From Gemmatimonadales bacterium (lineage in GTDB: Bacteria; Gemmatimonadota; Gemmatimonadetes; Gemmatimonadales; GWC2-71-9), in the NCBI GenBank assembly GCA_041577295.1, contig JBFGJG010000014.1, positions 17,317 through 81,316 of the forward strand: a stretch of 64,000 nucleotides of DNA, written 5' to 3'. Below are positions 28,409-37,424 of the stretch, one piece after another. The position numbers and the translations under genes are program-made. Below the pieces are notes generated by a model. The model saw only the letters and a program-made list of their open reading frames with translations, made no database searches and was not told where the DNA came from. Position 1 is the stretch's first letter. Each line of letters begins with the position of its first letter.

Positions 28409-30220
28409 TCACGGTTCGTAAAGCGCATCGATCTCACTCCGATACTTCTCCTCGATCACGCGGCGTTTGACCTTGAGTGTCGGTGTTAGCTCGCCCGCCT
28501 CGATGGTGAAGTCACGTTCGATCAGCACGATCTTCTTGGGCATCTCGTAGCTCGCCAGGTCACGCAGGTTGCCCATCACTTCGCGCTCCACTTTGGCAAC
28601 TACATCCGGAAGCTGGAGGAACTTGCTGGCATCCGAAGTGTCCAGCCGACGCTCCTCCCCCCAAGCACGGAGCGCGTCGAGGTCTGGCACGACCAACATG
28701 GCGGGAAAGCGACGTTTGTCGCCGATCATCACGGCGTTGAGCACGAACGGGTTGGTCTTTACCATATTCTCGATCGGCTGCGGAGCGATGTTCTTGCCGC
28801 CGGCGGTCACGATGATGTCTTTCTTGCGATCGGTGATGGTGAGAAACCCGTCGTCATCGAAGAAACCGATGTCCCCGGTGTGAAACCATCCGTCGGCGTC
28901 GATCGCTTGGGCGGTCGCCTCCGGCCGGTTGTAGTACCCCTTCATCACGTTGGGACCCCGTACTAAGATCTCACCGTCATCCCCGATGCGCGCCTCCACA
29001 CCGGGGATACAACGACCCACCGTGCCGATCTTAAGGTGCTCGAGCGTGTTCACGCTGATCACCGGCGAGGTCTCTGTCAGGCCGTACCCTTCGAGAATCG
29101 GTAGCCCAGCCGCGAAGAAAAACTTGGCGATCTCTGGGCTCAGCGGAGCGCCGCCTGAGACGAAGAAGCGCATGCGGCCGCCGGTGCGGGCAACCAGCTT
29201 CGCAAACACCAGACGGTCGGCGGCCGATTTGCGCAACGCCAAAGGTGGGGGGATGCGGTGTTTCGCGAGCTTGAGATCTGCCCATGCTTCGGCGTTGCGC
29301 CGGGCCCAAAAGAAGATCCGTCGCTTGAGCGCACCACCGGCCACGGCGTTCTCGAGCACCCGAGCGTAGATCTTTTCGAACAGTCGTGGAACCGAGAGGA
29401 CAACCGTGGGCCGCACTTCCACGAGATTTGCTGCGACCTGATCGATGCTCTCGGCGTAGTTGATGGTCACGCCGGCGTGGAACATCGTGTAGTGGCCTGC
29501 CATGCGCTCGAAGCTGTGTGACAAGGGCAACAATGAGAGACAAACATCATCCGGCCCGATCGACAGCACTTGGAGCGCCCCGTGGACGTTGGAGCAAAAG
29601 TTGTCGTGGGTCAGCATGACCCCTTTGGGGGGGCCGGTGGTGCCCGACGTGTAGATCAGCGTAGCCAGTTCGTCACCGTTCACCGCGAGCGCATCCCGCC
29701 GATAATCAGGATACTTGCCTTCCGCTTTAGCACCCAGTCGTAGCAGTTCCTCAAACGGAACCACTCCGGGCCCTTCGATGCGGTCTTCCACCAGGATCAC
29801 GTGCTCAAGGTGAGGCAGCGATTCGCGTTCCGCCGCGACTTTTTCGTACTGTTCTCTGTTTTCGACGAACACGGCGCGAGCAGCCGAGTCTTCCAGAATG
29901 AACTTCACCTGTGTCGTCGGCAGGGTGGGGTAAACGGGCACGTCGGCACACCGAGCGGTCAGGCACGCAAAATCGGCCACCGCCCACTCGGGACGGTTCT
30001 GTGAAAGGATCGCCACGTGGTCACCGGGCTGTATACCCAACTCCCACAAGCCGAGAGCGGCATGGCGCACCTGGCGCTCGAGGTCGCCGTAGGGCAGATC
30101 CTGCCACGCGCCGGCTGCCTTGAAGCGCAGGGCCGCGCGCTTCCCAGCGAACCGCTCGGTCGCTTCGAAGAAAAGCTGGCTCAAGTTACGGAGTTGCCTC
30201 ACGGCGTCACTCTCCACCAC
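28409..30220 (-). CDS. Long-chain fatty acid-CoA ligase (AMP-dependent synthetase, FadD15-like)
   Basis: LIYTSGTTGPPKGVMLTH, EGYGLTE, WFHTGDIG, ITDRKKD, GELTPTLKVKR. Confidence 0.94.
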   Translation of the reverse strand: MVESDAVRQLRNLSQLFFEATERFAGKRAALRFKAAGAWQDLPYGDLERQVRHAALGLWELGIQPGDHVAILSQNRPEWAVADFACLTARCADVPVYPTLPTTQVKFILEDSAARAVFVENREQYEKVAAERESLPHLEHVILVEDRIEGPGVVPFEELLRLGAKAEGKYPDYRRDALAVNGDELATLIYTSGTTGPPKGVMLTHDNFCSNVHGALQVLSIGPDDVCLSLLPLSHSFERMAGHYTMFHAGVTINYAESIDQVAANLVEVRPTVVLSVPRLFEKIYARVLENAVAGGALKRRIFFWARRNAEAWADLKLAKHRIPPPLALRKSAADRLVFAKLVARTGGRMRFFVSGGAPLSPEIAKFFFAAGLPILEGYGLTETSPVISVNTLEHLKIGTVGRCIPGVEARIGDDGEILVRGPNVMKGYYNRPEATAQAIDADGWFHTGDIGFFDDDGFLTITDRKKDIIVTAGGKNIAPQPIENMVKTNPFVLNAVMIGDKRRFPAMLVVPDLDALRAWGEERRLDTSDASKFLQLPDVVAKVEREVMGNLRDLASYEMPKKIVLIERDFTIEAGELTPTLKVKRRVIEEKYRSEIDALYEP

Positions 30221-30236
30221 GGGTGTGCCGCCCTCC

Positions 30237-30980
30237 TCATGGGAAGATCACGACGAATCGAATCGGTGATCCAGCGACAACTTGGCCGGCCGCGGTCGTC
30301 GTTGCAGCGTCCACGATCGCGCTGTCAGGCAGCGTGCCACCTGTCACCAGCCGCACGACGGCCTGAGCGCGCCCGTCGCTGGCGGTGGTCACCGTGGTGG
30401 TGTGTGGATCGGTTCCCGGCTCGGTCCCGTTTACGGTGGTCAAGAAGAACCCTGTCGCCTCCGGACTGCCAGGCGCAGGATCGATGAGCTGGTAGTCCAC
30501 CGGTTTGCCGGCGAGCGGGAGTTCGGTGCCGGGCGTGCTGGTGAGATCAAAGACGGTCGTCTCCATTGGGGGAGACGCCTCGGTGCCGTCGTCGATCGTC
30601 AGCCGTTGACTCCCAGAGGCCGCGACACTGTCGGCTGCGGCGGTCACGGTGACCGTAATGGCTTGCGTAGCGAGCTCCTCTACTCTGGCTTGCACTCTTG
30701 CCGTGGACGGTGCAAACGCGGAGATCAGGCCGCTGTCATCGAGCGTGAAGCCAATCTGGCCGCTATCGACATCGATGATGACCCAGGTGATTTGCGCGTC
30801 TGATACGATCCCACCATTCGCGCGGCGGGCACGAGCTTGCAACCGCAGCGTGTCCCCTTCCTCGACTTGCGGTGTGCGCGTCCCAACCAATTCGATGGCG
30901 ACGATGCGGTCGAGGTTTCCAAAAACGGTCGTGCAGGCCGCGGCGGACGCTAGCAGCGCCACGACGCTCCAGCGGGACAC
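30237..30980 (-). CDS. Putative lipoprotein with Ig-like beta domains
   Basis: Start re-assigned to GTG 30980 (VSRWSVVALLASAAA|C lipobox); Thr/Val-rich beta strands (TLDDSGLISA, TTASDGRA). Confidence 0.7.
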   Translation of the reverse strand: MSRWSVVALLASAAACTTVFGNLDRIVAIELVGTRTPQVEEGDTLRLQARARRANGGIVSDAQITWVIIDVDSGQIGFTLDDSGLISAFAPSTARVQARVEELATQAITVTVTAAADSVAASGSQRLTIDDGTEASPPMETTVFDLTSTPGTELPLAGKPVDYQLIDPAPGSPEATGFFLTTVNGTEPGTDPHTTTVTTASDGRAQAVVRLVTGGTLPDSAIVDAATTTAAGQVVAGSPIRFVVIFP

Positions 30981-30984
30981 CGGA

Positions 30985-31401
30985 TTATCCGATCTGGGCG
31001 AGGGTATGCCGCGCGTGCTCGACCCACTTCTCTGCATCGGGGCCCCGTGGGGGGCGATCGAGAAAGACGCGGAGGTGCTGCGCGGCGGTGTCGACTTCCC
31101 CGCGCTTCATCAGGAGAAACGCGAGGCCGTAGTGCGCCCCCGCGAGGTTGTGGTCGATCTCCAAGGCCTTGCGGTAGAAGCGGATGGCTTCGTCATGCCG
31201 CTTGGTCTTGGTGTAGGCAATGGCCATGTTCTGCAGGATTCGCAGGTCGGACGGGTGGTCTCTCAGGGCGAGGCGGTACGAGGTCAGCGCGGCGTCATAG
31301 TCGCCCTGGCGCTCCAAGGCGAGCGCTTCATTCAGGTAGTCGAGGCGCTGCGGTTTTAGCTCGTCGCGCCGCTGCCCAAAGATCCGTTGCCAGATTCCCA
31401 T
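30985..31401 (-). CDS. Tetratricopeptide repeat protein
   Basis: Three TPR-like units (GDYDAALTSYRLAL, DEAIRFYRKALEID, AHYGLA). Confidence 0.85.
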   Translation of the reverse strand: MGIWQRIFGQRRDELKPQRLDYLNEALALERQGDYDAALTSYRLALRDHPSDLRILQNMAIAYTKTKRHDEAIRFYRKALEIDHNLAGAHYGLAFLLMKRGEVDTAAQHLRVFLDRPPRGPDAEKWVEHARHTLAQIG

Positions 31402-31515
31402 TCGTGCGGGAAGATATTAGAGCCTGAACTCAATGGCAACGCATCCGTTGCCGCCCAGTCTCAAGCAACGTACTCCATTGTCAGTAGCGGGTCCGACGGC
31501 TACTATCCGGATCCT

Positions 31516-32052
31516 ATGTCGGGACCATTTCAGAGCGGGCCAGCCCGCGACGTGCTCGAGGTCGATTGGCCGCTGTTTGGGGAGCTGTGTCGTGCCCTCG
31601 CGCTCAGGATCGTCGGCAGCTTTGATCCGGAGATCATCCTCGGCATCGCAAAGGCGGGGGTCATTCCGGGCGCCGTGGTCGCATCGATTCTCCAGCGGGA
31701 CTTCGCCTCTATGGCTGTGACCAGACGGGCAAGCGAACGCCGCCCGACACTGGTGACTGCACCCCCACCGAGTGTGACGGGCCGCCGCGTGCTCGTGGTC
31801 GATGAAACGTGCGACAGTGGGGATACGCTCAAACTGGCCGTTTCCGCAGTGCGCAAGCTCGCGCCGGCCGAGGTGCGTACCGCTGTCTCGTTCAAGACGG
31901 GACCGCACCAGCCGGACTTTCACGCGCTGGAGACGCAGAGCTTCATCATTTTGCCGTGGGATCGGGAGGTGATCGTCGACGGAAAGCTGACGATGCGCCC
32001 GGATTACGCCGCAAAGCTCGGAGAGTTGGGAGGTCGTGCAGGCGGGTGGTGA
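31516..32052 (+). CDS. Type I phosphoribosyltransferase (Gpt/Hpt-like)
   Basis: ILGIAKAGVIPG, PRPP loop VLVVDETCDSGDTL, FIILPWD; start re-assigned to ATG 31516. Confidence 0.85.
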   Translation: MSGPFQSGPARDVLEVDWPLFGELCRALALRIVGSFDPEIILGIAKAGVIPGAVVASILQRDFASMAVTRRASERRPTLVTAPPPSVTGRRVLVVDETCDSGDTLKLAVSAVRKLAPAEVRTAVSFKTGPHQPDFHALETQSFIILPWDREVIVDGKLTMRPDYAAKLGELGGRAGGW

Positions 32053-32092
32053 CCCACCGTCGTTAGTCTACCGCAGTCGTTTGGTTGGGGAG

Positions 32093-32644
32093 TTACGCTT
32101 CGAACAGCGCGCGGTAGTCGCGGCCGGCGCTCATCTCCTGATAGACCGCTTCGAGTGTCTCCGGCGCACCGCCGAGGAAGCGGCACTGCTCGTCGTTCCG
32201 AGACTGACATTCGATTTCCATGATCGCGATTGGCGATCCGGCGATTCGCGTGAGCAAGTCAGCGAAGAGGCCAGCGGAAACAAAACAACACGGGTACGGC
32301 GCGTTGGCGTCGCGTTGCGCCTCGGCCCACTCAGCGCATGTTATGACGAGGCCGGCGCTGCCCAGCCGACTCAACTCCAAGTTTCCCCAGCCGAGCTCGG
32401 CGAAGAACGTCGACAGCACCTCGCCAAACCGCTCGGCGTCCAGTTCGCCCGGATCGTTCACGCCCGTATGCTCGGGAAGCCAACGACAAAAGGCGGCGTG
32501 GATCTCCTCACCGGTCGCTGCACCAATTTCGAGCAAGCACGACGGAGCGTTTGCACCGAGATTTCGCTCGAGCGCCAGCCGCCACTGGTACAGTGCCTTG
32601 TGCCCGATACCGAGAAGACCGTTCTGCGTGAGTTGCGTATCCAT
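32093..32644 (-). CDS. Stand-alone V4R-domain protein
   Basis: ELGWGNL, CCFVSAGLFADLL, EIECQSRNDEQCRF: the V4R Cys/Glu pattern. Confidence 0.82.
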   Translation of the reverse strand: MDTQLTQNGLLGIGHKALYQWRLALERNLGANAPSCLLEIGAATGEEIHAAFCRWLPEHTGVNDPGELDAERFGEVLSTFFAELGWGNLELSRLGSAGLVITCAEWAEAQRDANAPYPCCFVSAGLFADLLTRIAGSPIAIMEIECQSRNDEQCRFLGGAPETLEAVYQEMSAGRDYRALFEA

Positions 32645-32712
32645 GCTGTCGCCGGTGAAATTGCCTGTCTTGCGAACTTAGAAGGCGGGGTTCGGAGCGG
32701 CAAGGTCAAAAG

Positions 32713-33513
32713 TCACGTGGCTTTAGCCTCCTCGCCAAGCACGGTCATCGCAATCTCCACCAGCCGCCCCAACTCCTCCTCCGAGGTCCGTGAGAGCAAT
32801 CCCTCGGTCCACTCGGTTTCATTCCGCTCGAACGCGTCGAGAAGGCGTCGGAGGAAGGTCACGAGTGCGATCCGTTTGATGTCCGCGCGATCGACCTCGG
32901 CGTCGCCGGTGCCCTCGCGCTTTAGCAGCCGCTCATACCGGTACGCGTTGCGCAGCGCCCGCGCGGCAATCGTGGCGATGACCTGGGTGAAGCGGACGTC
33001 CGAACCGGAAAAGGCAGGGCCGTTCTGGAAGGTGCGCACGAAGATGGCACCGATGGCGCTCCCGCGCCACGTGATGGGCACCACCGTGATCGACTGCACA
33101 CGCCGGTTCTCGAGCAATCCTCGAACATGTTTGAGTTCGGGATCGGCCTGCGCGTCGGGAATGAACACGGTGTCCCCCGAGCGCAGTGCCCGGCGCAACT
33201 CCGGATACCGGTCCAGATCGACGAGGTAGTTGCGAATTCCCGGGTCTTCGTATGACGCCACCAAGCGAGCGGCGTTGGTGCCACGTTCGACCAACAAGAT
33301 CGAGCAGCGATCGAGGCCGAACGTCTCTCCCAACTTGCGGGTGATGCTTTGAAGGATGTCGACGAAATGGACGGTACCCGATACCTCCTGAAGGATGTCC
33401 ACGATGGCGAGAAGGTGGCGACGCTCCTGCTCGAGTTCGCGGATTCGTGCTTGTAGTTCTTCCACTGAAGCGGTCTCGGTCGATGCCGACTCTTGCATGG
33501 ATGTTGTCTCCAC
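32713..33513 (-). CDS. GAF-domain protein with N-terminal coiled coil and no catalytic output domain
   Basis: ELQARIRELEQERR; DRCSILL; VFIPDAQADP; SITVVPI..RGSAIGAI; FSGSDVRF. Start GTG 33513 or ATG 33498. Confidence 0.82.
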   Translation of the reverse strand: METTSMQESASTETASVEELQARIRELEQERRHLLAIVDILQEVSGTVHFVDILQSITRKLGETFGLDRCSILLVERGTNAARLVASYEDPGIRNYLVDLDRYPELRRALRSGDTVFIPDAQADPELKHVRGLLENRRVQSITVVPITWRGSAIGAIFVRTFQNGPAFSGSDVRFTQVIATIAARALRNAYRYERLLKREGTGDAEVDRADIKRIALVTFLRRLLDAFERNETEWTEGLLSRTSEEELGRLVEIAMTVLGEEAKAT

Positions 33514-33526
33514 TCTCCCCCCGTGT

Positions 33527-33545
33527 GGCTGTCAAGTTGACAGCC
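33527..33545. promoter_or_regulatory. Perfect inverted repeat (candidate operator) in the divergent GAF/YtxH intergenic region
   Basis: GGCTGTCAA-G-TTGACAGCC. Confidence 0.5.
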
Positions 33546-33600
33546 TCGACGGACGACCGTCAAGGGGCTATCATCCGTGTGCACTGCTAAGGAGACAGAC

Positions 33601-33918
33601 ATGGTTCGTGAACGGGATATCGATATCGTGGATGACGATGAGGAGCAGGAAGAACTGGACGAGTTTTCGGATGACGACGCGACGTCCGGTGTCGTCGGCT
33701 TCTTGACCGGTCTACTGATCGGCGCGTTTATCGGCGCGGGTGTGGCGTTGATGCTCGCCCCAGAGCGGGGCGAAGTGACGCGGCGACGGATTCGAGATCG
33801 TCTGCACGATCTGGGTGATGACGCTCGGGATCGGTTGGAGGACCTCCGGGACGAAGCCGGTCGGGAGCTCCGGGTTCAGCGCAAGCGCCTGCGCAAGCGG
33901 CTCAAGAGTCGCCGTTAA
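33601..33918 (+). CDS. YtxH-domain protein
   Basis: AAGGAG RBS before ATG 33601; FLTGLLIGAFIGAGVALMLAPERGEVTRRRI. Confidence 0.88.
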   Translation: MVRERDIDIVDDDEEQEELDEFSDDDATSGVVGFLTGLLIGAFIGAGVALMLAPERGEVTRRRIRDRLHDLGDDARDRLEDLRDEAGRELRVQRKRLRKRLKSRR

Positions 33919-34117
33919 CTTTCGCCCTTTCTTGTCACTTCGAGCAGCCGTCGCCCTGTAGAAGGGTGGAACGGGTGCCCTTGATGCTGGAGGCAGCTCG
34001 TGCCAATCGCTCGAGCTGCCTCTTGACGTCTTTCCACGGGAGGGCCGCTGCCAGAAACGGTGTCGCAGGATCGAGTGTGGATGCGTCTGTGCATCCGGGC
34101 GGTCGGGTAACCTGACG

Positions 34118-35467
34118 GTGCTGGTGACCACGTTGATCGAGCGAAAGCGCGACGGTGGCGAGCTGCGGCCTGATGAATGGTCGCAACTCATCGCCGAGTA
34201 CACGAGGGGGAGCGTGGAGGACTATCACCTGGCCGCACTCCTGATGGCGGTGTACCTGAACGGCATGACCCCAGCAGAATTGGGCGCGCTGACGGACGCA
34301 ATGATCAGGTCGGGCGCCCGGCTGGACTTCACCGGCCATGTCGTTCCGAGGATCGACAAACATTCGACGGGTGGTGTGGGCGACAAAGTTTCGCTCGTCC
34401 TGGCACCGCTCGCGGCGAGTTGCGGGGTCGCCGTGCCCATGATGTCCGGGCGCGGACTCGGCCACACCGGTGGCACGCTCGACAAACTCGAGTCCATACC
34501 TGGGTTTCGGACCAAGCTGACGCTGGATGAGGCTAAGCGCTTGGTGACGAAGATCGGTGTGGCGATGATGGGGCAGACACCGGAGATCGCCCCGGCGGAT
34601 CGAAAGCTGTACGCGTTACGTGACGCCACGGCTACTGTCGAGGCCATTCCGCTCATCGCAGCGAGCATCATGTCCAAGAAGCTCGCCGAGGGGCTGAACG
34701 GTCTGGTGCTCGACGTCAAACGTGGCAGTGGCGCGTTCCTGCCCGAGCTGGAGCGTGGGATCGAGCTGGCGTCGACTATGATCGCCTTGGGAGAGGAACG
34801 CGGTTGCCCGACGGTCGCGCTGCTCACAGCGATGGACCGGCCACTGGGCCACGCGTGCGGTAACGCCCTCGAGACGCGGGAAGCGCTCCGGGCTCTGCGG
34901 GGAGAAGGCCCGGCGGATCTCATGGAAGTCACCTACGCGCTAACCGTGGAGATGCTGCTCCTTGGCGACGTCAGCGACGATCCCGTGGCTGCCCGCGCGT
35001 TGGCGGAGTCGGCGATCGCGTCGGGCCGAGCCGCGGAGAAGTTTCGCGAGATCGTGGCCGCGCAAGGTGGGGATCCGGGCGTCGTCGATGCCCCCCGAAC
35101 CCTTGCCGTGGGTACCCACACCCACGTGGTCGAGTCAACAAAGGCCGGTTATGTGGCACAGATCGAGCCGCGCGCCATCGGCAAGGCGATCGTAGCGATG
35201 GGCGGAGGACGCCAGCGTGTGGAAGACGAGATCGATCACGGGGTTGGCTTCGTGATCGACGCGAAGCCGGGCGACCGGGTCGAACGCGGTCAGGCGCTCG
35301 GAACGGTCTTTGGTCGTGATGTGCAAACACGTGACCTTGGCATACGCACGCTGATCGATGCCATCACGATCGTAGAGCAGGAACCGGACCCACCCCTACC
35401 GCTCATATCGCATCGGGTCACCCGCGAGGGTGCGGTAGCGACGGCGGTGAGAAGTGACGAGCAGTAA
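34118..35467 (+). CDS. Thymidine/pyrimidine-nucleoside phosphorylase
   Basis: IERKRDG, DKHSTGGVGDK, MSGRGLGHTGGTLDKLESIPG, LRDATATV, SIMSKKLAEG. Confidence 0.95.
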   Translation: MLVTTLIERKRDGGELRPDEWSQLIAEYTRGSVEDYHLAALLMAVYLNGMTPAELGALTDAMIRSGARLDFTGHVVPRIDKHSTGGVGDKVSLVLAPLAASCGVAVPMMSGRGLGHTGGTLDKLESIPGFRTKLTLDEAKRLVTKIGVAMMGQTPEIAPADRKLYALRDATATVEAIPLIAASIMSKKLAEGLNGLVLDVKRGSGAFLPELERGIELASTMIALGEERGCPTVALLTAMDRPLGHACGNALETREALRALRGEGPADLMEVTYALTVEMLLLGDVSDDPVAARALAESAIASGRAAEKFREIVAAQGGDPGVVDAPRTLAVGTHTHVVESTKAGYVAQIEPRAIGKAIVAMGGGRQRVEDEIDHGVGFVIDAKPGDRVERGQALGTVFGRDVQTRDLGIRTLIDAITIVEQEPDPPLPLISHRVTREGAVATAVRSDEQ

Positions 35468-35492
35468 GGAATGAAAGGAGAAGGGGACTTTC

Positions 35493-35720
35493 TTACTTGG
35501 GTGCTCCGGGCCCCCAATCCCGCAGCTCTCCCTCCGCTTCGTCCGGTGTCGTAAAGGCGTCGACGTCGCGCACTTCGGTCTCCGCCTCATCTAATACTTG
35601 AAAGTCGATGTCGTCATCCTCCGTGTCAGGATCCTCTGGCACCGGCTGATCGGGACGACGGAAAAACCAGATGAGCGCTGCCACGAGGAGCGCAAGCAGG
35701 ATGGCTAGAGACCAGGACAT
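35493..35720 (-). CDS. Small membrane-anchored acidic protein
   Basis: N-terminal hydrophobic helix then RR and an Asp/Glu-rich tail; co-oriented downstream of groES-like gene. Confidence 0.65.
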   Translation of the reverse strand: MSWSLAILLALLVAALIWFFRRPDQPVPEDPDTEDDDIDFQVLDEAETEVRDVDAFTTPDEAEGELRDWGPGAPK

Positions 35721-35743
35721 GCTCTCAGGTGGGACGTGACGCG

Positions 35744-36121
35744 CTACAGGTCATCGAGTGGCACACTGGCCCGTACCAAAACCAAGATGGCGGCTTGCGG
35801 GACCACGAGGTAGCGCTTCGACTCGAATGTGATCTCCACGGCAGCCTTGCGAAAGAACAATGCGTAGTCTCCCACACGGGCCTGCATGGGTACGTACTTG
35901 GCCTCGCCCGCGGGCACCTTCCACGGCTCGTCATCGAGGTCAGCCGGTGCCGATAGTGGTGTTCCCGGACCAGTGGCGATGATCCTTCCGCCCTGTACCG
36001 CCTGACGATCGACGGCGGTCGGCGGCAGATACAATCCCACGGAGGTACGCTCCTCTCCCTCTTCTGGCGAGACGAGCACTCGGTCTCCGACCACGACGAG
36101 CTTCTTGTGGGGTTCGGACAT
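35744..36121 (-). CDS. Co-chaperonin GroES/Cpn10-family protein (orphan)
   Basis: Start re-assigned to ATG 36121; GDRVLV, ERTSVGLYLP, GRIIATGPG, VGDYALF, YLVVPQAAIL. Confidence 0.87.
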   Translation of the reverse strand: MSEPHKKLVVVGDRVLVSPEEGEERTSVGLYLPPTAVDRQAVQGGRIIATGPGTPLSAPADLDDEPWKVPAGEAKYVPMQARVGDYALFFRKAAVEITFESKRYLVVPQAAILVLVRASVPLDDL

Positions 36122-36233
36122 ACTGGAAATCAAAGGCACGATCCCCCGAAGCGCCAGGGCGACACCCGACGTTTTCACTTTGGGACCTGCCGCTTGACGC
36201 GGTGCATCGAGCCACCGACCTTCAGCAAAGCCA

Positions 36234-36578
36234 ATGGATCTCTCCGTTCTCGTCGTCCTCGTGTTACTAGTTACCGTCGGCCTCCGGCTGGTGTTCGTCA
36301 TGGCCGTGGTGTGGTTGGTTTTCCCGAGGAGGGATCACTGTCCCAAGTGCGAAGATGCGACCATCCCGTTGCTTGCCCCTCGCGTGCTCCGTGCGTTGCG
36401 GCTCGAGCGCCGATGGTGTCTCGCTTGCGGTTGGAGCGGAATGTCCAAGCGCCGCAAGGCAGGGACGCGGGCGCCCCGGACCGCGACACCTCAGGAAGTG
36501 GGCGGCGAGGATCGTTGGCGGTCACGTTGGGACGACGACGATCAGTGGAGTCCGGTCGGCGGCGACGAATGGAAGTAG
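36234..36578 (+). CDS. Small membrane protein with CxxC...CxxC zinc ribbon
   Basis: Hydrophobic N-terminus, CPKC, WCLACGWSG. Confidence 0.65.
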   Translation: MDLSVLVVLVLLVTVGLRLVFVMAVVWLVFPRRDHCPKCEDATIPLLAPRVLRALRLERRWCLACGWSGMSKRRKAGTRAPRTATPQEVGGEDRWRSRWDDDDQWSPVGGDEWK

Positions 36579-37396
36579 TGGAGCGCTTCCACTACGGCAG
36601 CACGTGGGGTATCTCCTTTGCACTCCTAGCCTTCGCAGCCTGCGCCACAGAAGCTGATCCCACGTTAGCCCTCTTCGCCGACACGACGGCGTGGGTCGAC
36701 CTAACCCATCCGTTTGATAGTACGTCCATCTACTGGCCCACGGCGGAAGCCTTCCGACTCGAGCGTGTCGCCGCGGGCATGACGCCCGGCGGATATTACT
36801 ACGCCGCCAACAACCTACGAGCAGCCGAACACGGTGGTACCCATCTCGATGCACCGATCCATTTCGCGGAGGGCCGCCACACCGCCGATCAGATACCGCT
36901 CAACCGTTTTATCGGCCCAGCGCTCGTCGTCGATGTAATTCGAAAAACGCAGGGGGATCGTGATTATCGGGTGACCGCGGAGGATCTCCAGGAGTTCGAG
37001 CGGGCGCACGGGCGCATTCCCGACGGCGGCATTCTACTGTTGCGAACCGGGTGGGGACGGTACTGGCCGGATCCGGTCGCGTACCTGGGCACCGGGCTAC
37101 AGGGAGAACAGGCCATCCCGGAGCTTCACTTCCCCGGTCTCCATGCCGCTGCCGCAGAATGGCTCGTCAACGAAAGGGCGGTGGACGCAGTGGGTATCGA
37201 CACACCGAGTATCGATCAGGGACAATCCACCACCTTCGATGCACATCAGATTCTCTTCGGAGCCAACATTCCCGCTTTCGAAAACGTCGCCAACCTCGAT
37301 CGTCTGCCCGCCACCGGTGCGTTCGTCATTGCGCTGCCAATGAAGATCGCCGGGGGCAGTGGAGCCCCTCTCCGGATTGTCGCTGTGGTACCGTAA
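36569..37396 (+). CDS. Cyclase-family metallohydrolase (kynurenine formamidase-like), probable lipoprotein
   Basis: VDLTHP, EHGGTHLDAPIHF, LLRTGW, VGIDTPSID, FENVANL, GGSGAPLRIVA; FAA|C lipobox. Confidence 0.88.
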   Translation: MEVVERFHYGSTWGISFALLAFAACATEADPTLALFADTTAWVDLTHPFDSTSIYWPTAEAFRLERVAAGMTPGGYYYAANNLRAAEHGGTHLDAPIHFAEGRHTADQIPLNRFIGPALVVDVIRKTQGDRDYRVTAEDLQEFERAHGRIPDGGILLLRTGWGRYWPDPVAYLGTGLQGEQAIPELHFPGLHAAAAEWLVNERAVDAVGIDTPSIDQGQSTTFDAHQILFGANIPAFENVANLDRLPATGAFVIALPMKIAGGSGAPLRIVAVVP

Positions 37397-37424
37397 CGCT
37401 CTCTACCCGTACAATCTCCTCTAA

